In this document: piece after piece, positions 11,601-20,000 of the stretch
Layout: each line of letters begins with the position of its first letter
Numbering within the stretch: the stretch's first letter is position 1
DNA from: Moniliella sp. 'wahieum'
Lineage: Eukaryota
DNA: 20,000 nt
Assembly: GCA_003971905.1 (NCBI GenBank)
Contig: RSEE01000169.1
Coordinates: 47,848-67,847 of the forward strand
Direction of reading: 5' to 3'
Position numbers and translations under genes: made by a program
Notes under the pieces: model-generated
What the model was told of the DNA's origin: nothing
Seen by the model: only the letters and a program-made list of their open reading frames with translations
Databases searched by the model: none

Positions 11601-11787
11601 AGACACATCTCACATGTCACATGTCACATCTCAAGATCTCAAGCTTGAAGCTTGAAGCTTGACAGTCTCAGAGATCCCTAGCGTCGTTTAATGTTTAGTA
11701 CTTAGTTGTTACCAGAGTTGGGACTACTTACGCAGCGTTACGCGTTACGCCTCTCTCGACAACATGAATTACGTGTTACGTGTTACG
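11601..11787. repeat. TNA-centred heptad arrays
   Basis: TCTCACA TGTCACA TGTCACA TCTCAAG a TCTCAAG CTTGAAG CTTGAAG CTTGACA (11608-11664); GTTTAGT ACTTAGT (11693-11706); CGTTACG x2 (11736-11749); AATTACG TGTTACG TGTTACG (11767-11787). Confidence 0.85.
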
Positions 11788-12569
11788 ATCGTACCGGATG
11801 GGCGAGCTTCTGCGGTGTGCCGGACGTATATGCCTCGTGTGCCGAGCTCGAAACTGTTTCGCGTTTCGTCCCAGTCCCTGGCACTTAGATCTATAAGCTT
11901 TTGCAACTGAGATGGATTCGACAGGTACCGCCGGTCCGTCCCGGCCATCTGGCATGCAACACATGCACATCATTGATCACTCGATCACTGATCATCCATC
12001 CTGTTACAGTGCTCGTGACTAGTGCTAGTGATTGCCAGTGACTGTCACATGTCACTGGGGAAAGTCGGGACAATGCTAGTGCCGGTGCAAGTGCTAGTGC
12101 TAGTGATTAGTGATGGATCAACAAAAGATCAAAAACCTTTTCTTGTGTTTCTATTCCCGCAAAGCAACCCCAGGTTCCGATCAGCTGCTGAGCTCCGCCA
12201 GTCAAGCTACGTTTGGACGTTAGGTTGTGCGCAGTGGCGGTTCCTAGGTGCGAGGTATACTTACAGGAGGCTACATTCCAGTTGAGAAGGACGCAACGGT
12301 GATCATCTCACGGATCGATGATATGGTACTGCTTAGGCTAAGCGCTAAACCCCACCATGAGTGCCTGTCTCGAGCCGTTCAATCTTATATGCGACGAGTT
12401 TTACACTACTTTCCTTCGTGCTACTCCATCTCAATGTGCTGGCTCGCTGCTTCGAGGCGCGAAGAAATGGTTCCGATTGCACGGCTCGTTGGAGGAGAGA
12501 GCAACATTCCGACCTCTTGTGTGCTTGAGCTCATGAGTGTCATGGCGTGCCTACTTCAAGGTTATACAC

Positions 12570-12624
12570 GTTTAACGTTTAACGCTTAACGACCAACGCT
12601 CAACCTTCAACGTTCAACATTAAC
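12570..12624. repeat. TNA-centred heptad array
   Basis: GTTTAAC GTTTAAC GCTTAAC GACCAAC GCTCAAC CTTCAAC GTTCAAC in register. Confidence 0.85.
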
Positions 12625-12905
12625 TTCGGCCGGCGAATGTCGGCGACACAGACCAGTTGTGGCCACACACCTACACTCAATAGATGACCTGCCCAACACA
12701 ACAGCATGCCGCTGTCCAACCAAACACTTAGTTACTCAAAGAGGGGTATCCTAGGGTACCCTCCCGCCCTCTCTTCTCCTTCGCGACTGGGGTACCGTCG
12801 GTGATTGATGATTCTACAGAATCTTTGATCACCTCTTCTCTCAGATCTCACATCGCATCGGCTCATATCGCTCTCTCTCTCCGTTCCTAGCCACGTGCGG
12901 AGGCA

Positions 12906-12940
12906 CATGAGTATTGAGTACTGAGTACTGAGTACTCATC
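12906..12940. repeat. TNA-centred heptad array
   Basis: CATGAGT ATTGAGT ACTGAGT ACTGAGT ACTCATC, with an orientation flip creating the palindrome TGAGTACTCA. Confidence 0.85.
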
Positions 12941-13123
12941 GATCGATCATCAGCATACATGGGAGGGTACATGGCCTACCGTCACGCTCCCTTAACCATT
13001 ATCGAGTATCGCAGAGAGAGCTATCATTTAGCAACTTAACAAACTGTGGGCCTGAGAGGCCTGAGATCTGAGACCTAGGGACCGGCACCGACAACCTTGG
13101 AGCTTGGCCGGACCAAAGAGACG

Positions 13124-13229
13124 GCAGTAGAGTACAGTAGAGCAACAATAGAGCGCACCACTAAAGCACAGCACTACAGCATTAGGGACCTGCAGATCAC
13201 TTTGGAGCACTGTAGAGCACAGTGGAGCA
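13124..13229. repeat. Degenerate ~10-bp repeats (CAGTAGAGCA consensus)
   Basis: cagtagagta, cagtagagca, caatagagcg, cactaaagca, cactacagca, ctgtagagca, cagtggagca. Confidence 0.6.
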
Positions 13230-13688
13230 ACGTCGATCGAACAGATCAGCGGCATATTATGCTTTCTGATATGGTACGAGCATCACATGCACTGTATAGC
13301 GTGCGGTCGGGGTTCCTATCTCATCAATCGTACCACCTTTTCTCTTCGTTTTGCCCTTCGTGTACCCTATACGTCGCCGCGCGCCGGGGTGTGTGAAGGA
13401 CATGGGACGATGGTTGATTCACGAAGAACGCGTAACGAGGCAGTCGTGCTGCAATTAAGGGGACAGGAAGACCCACCTACCAACAGAACGACAACATGTA
13501 ATGTATTTGGAACAGAGGCACTCCCGCTCTCTGCCAGTGCTTTTCCTCCTCATATTGATTGATGCTTGTGTACCTCCCCCACCCCTCATATAAAACGGAG
13601 AGAGAGAGAGGCTTTCTATGGGATCCCCATCCCACTTGTCCCCCCTTCCACTCCTTTACACTCCAAGTGTCCCTCCCCAGGCCCCAAC

Positions 13689-15266
13689 ATGCACCTCCGC
13701 TCTTTTATTCCGTTCGTCGCATTCGCTTTCTCTTTGGCCCGTGCCGATCCCATCCGCGGTGTCAGTCTAGGGTACGTTTCCCAGTATCTGTTTATTTATT
13801 TCCCCTTCTTGTATACTGCAAAATGGGGTATACGGGAGGCTGTGTGCTCCTTCATCTGCTTCCCCGCGCACTATCCTACCCCGTATCTATTTCCGAGCGC
13901 ACAGATCGAGAGACTGACACTGTTGATGGATTCCCGTACTCTTTCGTACACAGCGGCTGGTTGCTGGCTGAAAAGTGGATGGTACCATCGCTCTTCCAAC
14001 AGACGGGTAACGATAGCGTAGTGGACGAGTGGACGTTTGGATCGGTCTCCAACGCCCAGGAGTTGCTCACCAAACATTGGGAGCATTTCATCACCGAATC
14101 GGATTTCCAAAAGATGAGCGATGCTGGACTCAACTTTGTTCGGTACGTTTCTCTCCCCTCGTTTCCCTTGCCAAAGAAGAGGCTCTAGGCCATGCCGACG
14201 GAGGATGCCCATGATGCCCAGGAGAGGTGGTTTCAAAGCCACGGAACACTCACTGACTTGCTGGAACATCAACCCGGCTACCCAACTACACAGGATCCCG
14301 ATAGGCTATTGGGCATACGACAAGGATGACGACGAACCCTATGTCAAGGCCAACCAGACCGCCTACCTGTCGCGTGCGGTTGGATGGGCCAACCAGCACG
14401 GAATCCAAGTCATGGTCGATCTGCACGGCGTGCCAGGCTCGCAGAATGGGCAAGCCACCTCGGGCCATAAGGGACCGATCGCATGGCAGAAGAGTGCCTC
14501 GAATGCCCAGCGCGCCCAAGCAGTTATTTCCCAAATCAGCAACGACCTCAAAGGCAAAGTAAGTCATATTGAACTGATCAACGAGCCTTTTCTCGACCGC
14601 CCCATTGCCAACTTGACCACCTACACCAAAAACTATTACGAGGCGGCGTACCCGACCACCCAGCCGAGCTTCACCGGGGTTCTGCACGACGGATTCCTTC
14701 CCCTGTCCAGCTGGGACGGCTTTTTGCCAGGAAGCATGCTGGATACCCATATCTACATTGGCCTGCAACCGTACCGTGGCATGGATCGTACGTCTCCTCC
14801 CCCCCTCCCCCTTTGTGCCGAAGCGAAAAGAGCGGCTGTTTTGCGCATGGTCAAGGGACTGTATAGCTGACCTCGGTTCACGTGCCCAGCCAATGCGACG
14901 GTCCCAGCGTACGACAACATTACCGACACGAACCTGCGGCAGATCTGCCAGCTCAAGGGCACGTTGGCCGCAAGCCAAGCGCACCACGCGACGCTGGTGG
15001 GGGAGTTTACGCTGACGCAGACCCCGTCTTCGGCGCAGCGGCGGGGGATGGTGGGGGTGCATAAGAAGCGGGCGACGCGGGACCAGGTGGCGTACCGCAA
15101 GGCGCTGTTTGACACGCAGCGGGCGGTGTACGAGGAGAATGGGGCGGGGTGGTCGATGTGGACGTGGAAGATGGACTATGCGAGTCCGTGGAGCTACGAG
15201 ACGGGGCTGCGCAACGGCTGGATCACACGCGACCTCGCGTCACGGTGCGCGGCGGCTGCGTGCTAA
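13689..15266 (+). CDS. Secreted glycoside hydrolase family 5 (GH5_9-like exo-1,3-beta-glucanase), 4 exons, intact
   Basis: Exons 13689-13771, 13954-14142, 14294-14787, 14890-15266 (all GTACGT...CAG introns). Signal peptide MHLRSFIPFVAFAFSLARA. Motifs IRGVSLGGWLLAEKW, DEWT, HWEHFITE.DF, VRIPIGYW, VDLHGVPGSQNG, ELINEP (acid/base), HDGF, DTHIY, VGEF (nucleophile) and GWSMWTWK. Confidence 0.95.
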
Positions 15267-15513
15267 GCCTTAGCGCTAAGGGTAGATTGGGATGGGATGG
15301 GATAGCAATGGGACACTGGCGATCCACATCGCAGGGATTACGTACAGACGCAGATAGCGAGATACTAGACGAAATGTTCAACTGCATTCCGCCGTGTCTG
15401 CTCCGCTGCGGCTGACCAGCGGTGGCCGCGACGAATGGGAAGAAATACGAGCACTCGCTCCCGCTCCTCTGCCCGACCTTCCCGCCCCGCCCCGCCGCCC
15501 CACACGGGCGCCC

Positions 15514-17533
15514 ATGGCCGCCCTCGCCACGCTCCGGCCCAGCCCGCGCGCGTCGCTCCTTGCGCGCCCCAGCCCATGCCCCTACACACCCTCCCTCCCC
15601 TCCCCCCGCGCCGCCTCCCCCCTTCCCTCCCCCCTCCGACCCGCTCCTGGCCAGCCTCCTGCGCAGCACCCCCCCGCCCCGCCCCGCCCGCGCCCCGCCC
15701 GCGCCCGCCCCCTTCCTTTCCCTGCACCTTTCCTCGCCCTCCCCCGCCCCCGCCCCCGCACGCCCCCGCCACGCCCCCCCCCGCCCACGCCGCCATCTGC
15801 TCTCGCTCCAGCGCCTGCGTCCACACTGACCGCCTCCTCCACCGCTGCTGCCGCGCCCTCTTGCAGCGCCGCCTCTCCCCCCAGGACGCCCTGCCCAGCT
15901 CTACCACGATCTCCTCCACGCCCTCCGCCCTGCGCCCGCCAGCGAGAGCGCATCGCCAACGAGGCCGCTGTTCTTCTTCTCGCCCGCCTCGTCAGCATCA
16001 GCATGCCCGACCAGGCCTGTCTGCCGAAAAAACGCCGCCCCGCCATCCGCACCCTCAATCGGCCCACGTCGCCCGTTCCCTCCTCCCTGCCAAATCCGCC
16101 CCGTTCCAAGCACCGCGCAACCGGCCCCACTTCCACTCCCCGCTCCAGTACTGGTACTTTATCATGGCTCAGTTTGCTCCCCCCCGCTGCTGTCGGAACG
16201 AAACGAAGTGACGGTGCTGCTGCCGCTCCCGCAGGCTTCGGTGGAGCGTGTGCAGGTTGCTTGCGAGTTTTACCAAGCCATCTGCCCCACGGTGGACAAG
16301 CGCGAGCACTGGACATTGCCAAGGTCCAGAACAAGACACTCTATTATCTCTTTGACCTGCTCTTTGCCCAACTCTCCCTGGCCCTCTCCGATCTCCGGGC
16401 CGGCGAGGTGCCCGACCCACATAAGCTCCTTGCTCCCCAAGGTGAATTGCACTTTGTCCTCCACCCCTCTCCTTCTCTTGGCCGATCCCATTCTTCGTCC
16501 AACCATGGCCCGCTTGGCCACACGACGCTTGATTGCCCTCTTGTCGGAACATACCCGTCTCCTCCTCCGGGTCGCCAACGACGCCCACCATGCCGCATCC
16601 ACCTCGTCCCCCAAGCGCCGGAGAAACCTTGCTCACATCCTTGACCAGGCTCACAACAGGGTACCCACCTTTTCCGACAAACCCTCCTGGATCATATTCC
16701 TTGCTTTGACGGCGCTCGCTACCGCGGCTTGAGCTTTGAACACGACACGGGGGCTCAGACATGGTACACGCTCTTGTCCACCTTATCTTTGGACGTGGCC
16801 ACTCACCCCCTCCTGCTCGCTATGGTCCAAAAGCTGAGACGACAATGGCAAGCTGCATACACCACCCCAGGGGTGTGGGACAGCTTTCGCCCCGACGTGG
16901 ACCGACGGCGAGTGGTGGTGTTGATGCAGTCGCTGTTGCTCCTTCGAACGATGGTCAACTCTGGACGAGCGACCGCATTTTCCCCTCCGACCTCAGATGC
17001 TCGTTGCGCCCAACGGAGAACAAGTGGAACTGTGCCCTGAGAGCCACCGTACCGCTCTCCATCTATTCCACCTTCTCCCCCGCGCTGCTCGTAGCCGACA
17101 GCTCGCCCATCTCCTCCTCTCGGTCTGGGGGAACATCCACTCAACCATCTCCGCCCGCTCCCTCCGGCACCGGGAACCCAAGATGCCTTGTCTCCGGCCC
17201 CACCTAGCCTCACGGGCATGGACTCAAATCTCAACATGGACATGGACATGGATATGGATACGGATACGGACGTGGGCATGGACTCGGGCCTTACCCGTGC
17301 TCACACTCGTCCTCATCCTCATGCTCGGCCATTCGACCCGGCTGCAGGACAGGAGGCGCTGCATGCAGCCATGTGCTACGTACCTTGCTTCCTACCCTGT
17401 CGGAGCAGATACGTTCCGCGCCCGCTTTGCCTCGCACCTGCTCCATGGCGCTGCGCACCGCATCGACGAGGACCTGGCTTACCTCCGTGCCCAAGGACAG
17501 CACGCACTCTTGCGTGCGCTCCTGGACAGATGA
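15514..17533 (+). CDS. Hypothetical, largely helical protein with possible N-terminal mitochondrial presequence; multiple frameshifts
   Basis: A chain of overlapping + strand ORF segments with protein-like Leu-rich sequence: RERIANEAAVLLLARLVS; ALDIAKVQNKTLYYLFDLLFAQL; LADPILRPTMARLATRRLIALLSEH; WYTLLSTLSLDVATHPLLLAMVQKL; RIDEDLAYLRAQGQHALLRALLDR* ending at 17533. ATG 15514 gives MAALATLRPSPRASLLARP (Arg/Ser/Ala-rich, no acidic residues). Start is uncertain. Confidence 0.5.
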
Positions 17534-17603
17534 GATGGACCAACATGCATCATGCCTGGCGTGTGGTGGGACGGGTGCTGTGCTCGTATTCGTACTGGTA
17601 TTC

Positions 17604-17763
17604 GTAGGGATGGAGGCAGGGATGGAGGCAGGGATGGAGGTAGGGATGGAGGTAGGGATGGAGGTAGGGATGGGTAGGGATGGAGGTAGGGATGGAGGTA
17701 GGGATGGAGGCAGGGCGTGCGGAGTGCGAGTGAGAGTGCGAGTGCGAGTGCAAGTGCGAGTGC
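17604..17763. repeat. 12-bp minisatellite (AGGGATGGAGG(C/T)) x ~9 followed by (GAGTGC)n
   Basis: Read directly, downstream of the stop codon at 17533. Confidence 0.92.
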
Positions 17764-18283
17764 CGGCTGCTGCGATCCATGAGAGCATGCCGGTCGGGGC
17801 GACAATCGAGGCGGCATGAGGTGTTGACACGGTGGATGGGGTGTGAGATCGCATGTGACGGGCAGCTGCACGTGAGTGGGTTGTGAGCCCTACCATTCCG
17901 ATTCCTCGATCCTCAATCACGCGAATCACGATCATTAATTTCTTAGTCATTCGTCGCTCAGAAGCAATCCTCACGCCCTGCGTTGAGCCATTATGCATTG
18001 GTTCCCAAGTGTACAAGTGTATCACGCCGACAGAGCTCTCAGAGGACCTGTAGTACTTAGTACTTAGCATGTCACACCAGTCGCCTGAGCGGTGCTGGAC
18101 GCGGCCTGGATGCTGCTACTGACTCACCTCATGCCCTGCCTCTTCCCACCACCCGCACCTTCCCCGCCCACCATTACCACCGCCACCGCCCACCGCCACC
18201 GCCACCGCCACACCAACACCCACACCCACACCCGATGCAGACCGCCGCCGGCTGCCCGCCCGCACGCCCGCGCCAGGCGGTCG

Positions 18284-19412
18284 ATGCCGCTGCTCACTTC
18301 CTACGACGTTGAGCCCCGCGCCTCCGCCACTGCCCGACGCGCATTCGACCTGCAACCCGCCGAGCTCGTTCGCCGTCGTGCCTCCTCCTCCTTTCTCGCC
18401 CGCCCCCCTTCTCCTGCCCCTTCCGATGCCGACCAGGCCGACGACGAGGGCACCTGCACCTCCTTTGATCGCCCTCGCACGTACTTTGGTTCTGCATCTG
18501 CATCCGCATCCGCATCCACATCCGCATCCACATCCGTATTCGCACCACATCCTCTGCTCACCTCGCTCGACGACCACATTGGTCCCGATCCCCTCGTCTG
18601 TCGTCGCTGCCTCTCCACCTGTCCCTCCCTCGCCCGATGCCGGTGCCCGTGCCGGTCGGTGCCTTCCCCCTTTCCCCCTCTACCCTTCCACCCCCCCACT
18701 CACCCCGCACACACACAATATTCCTACTCGGCCCTTACTATCTCGTCTTCTCGTACCCTCCTCTCCCCTGTCTTGCCAACGACTGGCCCACTGCCTCGCC
18801 CACCAAGAACTCGTCTACCAACCGCCCGTCTACCACGCACTCGCCTACCAAGGACTCGCCTAGTAAGAACTGGGACATCTCCGACCTTCTCCAGCAGATT
18901 GACGAACTACGCTTCCCCGTGTCCCCATTAACCTGGCCTGCGCCTCTGCGCCTGAGCTGGACATGGGTCCGGGGTTGATGAGACGAGGATGCCCTTCCTC
19001 TCCTGTTGTTCCTACCGAGGAAGAAGATGACATTGCCCTAATCGGTTCGGGTTCTGGTTCGGACGAGGAGAAGGAGAAGGCAAAGGAGAAGGACAGGAAG
19101 GAGAATCCGAAAGAGAGGGAAAAGGAATACGAGGGGGAGCTACTACCTTTTGCCTCGTCGACCGGGATCGGAAAGGACGTGTGGGCGGCTCCCGTGTCAG
19201 CAGAGGGCTATGCTGCGCTTTGGGACCTAGCTACCGTCCCTCCCGAATGGGCGGACGAACCGTTCGGGTTGGCTCTTGCAGAGCCAGAGGGGAGCACCAG
19301 CGTAGGTCTCGTTCCTTCTTCTTCGTTCCTGTCTACGCAGCGCGCGTCACCTTCTTTCGACTTTTCCCCCGTGTCGATCGGGAGGGGACGAACATGTTGG
19401 AACAGTGGGTAG
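18284..19412 (+). CDS. Hypothetical low-complexity (Ser/Pro-rich, acidic/basic) protein; frameshifted, boundaries uncertain
   Basis: ATG 18284 MPLLTSYDVEPRASATARRAFDLQP..., a Cys cluster CRRCLSTCPSLARCRCPC, then in other frames SPTKNSST...SPTKDSPSKNWDISDLLQQIDELRFP and EEEDDIALIGSGSGSDEEKEKAKEK...GYAALWDLATVPPEW. Confidence 0.45.
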
Positions 19413-19868
19413 ACCTCAGGAACGTGTTGCTTCCCTTTCGCGTCACGTTGCGGTGCTGGTATCGACTTGGCTTACGTTTATTTCGCTGGTGCTCTGTGCA
19501 GGCGTGTTCCTCTTGTCGTACGTCCTCTTTTTTCCTTCCTACCCCGCCCTCCCCTTGCTCTCCTATGCGATGCGGGTGCATGCTGGGCCAAGAGCTACGC
19601 TGACCCTTGTTGCTTTTAGACGGGGACCTCGTCGAACCCTTGCCTTGTCCAACGGCCGGTATTGTTGATGTGCCAGACTTTGTTTTGTCTTGTGTGGTTT
19701 GTGTGTGTATTATGCTGTTTCATGGGGCGCATCAATTGGTATGCATGTATGGGTAACTGGACAAGGCCTAATGGGCCGCCTTTTGCATGCTTCGCAGTCA
19801 AGGATAGAGGGAGGTAGGGGGAGGTAGGTGGAAGTAGTGGAGGGATAGGTGGACGGGACGACGCCAAA

Positions 19869-20000
19869 CTAGCCCATCAACTTGTACTTATCCCAATGCA
19901 TCTCTTGATGCAGAACGCCATCCAGGATGAGCTCTGCCGTCCAGACTCGGACGGGACTGCCATCAACACACGTCCCCGCTCAGTTGCGCCCACCGCCGAT
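19869..20000 (-). CDS. 3' end of a probable Rtt107/Brc1-like BRCT-repeat protein (partial; continues beyond the window)
   Basis: Minus strand RRWAQLSG / TCVDGSPVRVWTAELILDGVLHQEMHWDKYKLMG*, with stop at 19869-19871 and one frameshift at the run 19974-19977. Matches the terminal BRCT pattern W..L....P(I/V)(Y/W)..EL(I/L)L.G.L.QE..W. Not in the supplied ORF track. Confidence 0.55.

Noticed and set aside
12248..12589. VIISRIDDMVLL as a copia reverse-transcriptase YVDD remnant
   Set aside because: Only a weak single-motif resemblance; flanking RT motifs are absent.
12741..12763. Imperfect palindrome GAGGGGTATCCTAGGGTACCCTC
   Set aside because: A single short hairpin with no supporting context.
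7400..13500. Interspersed short palindromic repeats as a CRISPR-like array
   Set aside because: Eukaryotic context, no constant 23-47 bp repeat with regular spacers, and no cas genes.
14286..15062. 258-aa antisense ORF over GH5, and similar shadow ORFs elsewhere
   Set aside because: Antisense shadows expected in GC-rich coding DNA.
17291..18070. 259-aa minus-strand ORF with PPSL/IPTS repeats
   Set aside because: Openness is explained by stop-free 12-bp and 6-bp repeats, and it lies antisense to the likely gene end.

Overview
Eukaryotic, intron-containing, GC-rich fungal DNA, most likely a basidiomycete (GTACGT/GTAAGT donors, CTGAC/CTAAC branch sites, basidiomycete-type eL39). Left gene block (- strand): a PWWP/AT-hook/IBD-like chromatin protein (1389-3029), ribosomal protein L39 (3617-4013) and a zinc-dependent medium-chain dehydrogenase (4674-5839). 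A visibly less GC-rich, gene-free island of about 7.5 kb (~6150-13500) holds decayed transposon fragments (Ty3/Gypsy gag, a possible zinc knuckle, a possible CACTA piece). Right block: an intact secreted GH5 exo-1,3-beta-glucanase-like gene (13689-15266, +), two frameshifted hypothetical genes (+) and the 3' end of a probable Rtt107/Brc1-like BRCT gene (-). Many genes carry 1-2 nt indels, mostly at homopolymers, which looks like long-read assembly error. The most unusual signal is a recurring non-coding pattern of in-register 7-bp units xy-TNA-y'x' (TNA + 4-bp palindrome + TNA) with many different sequences. These resemble stacked transposon excision or hairpin-repair footprints.
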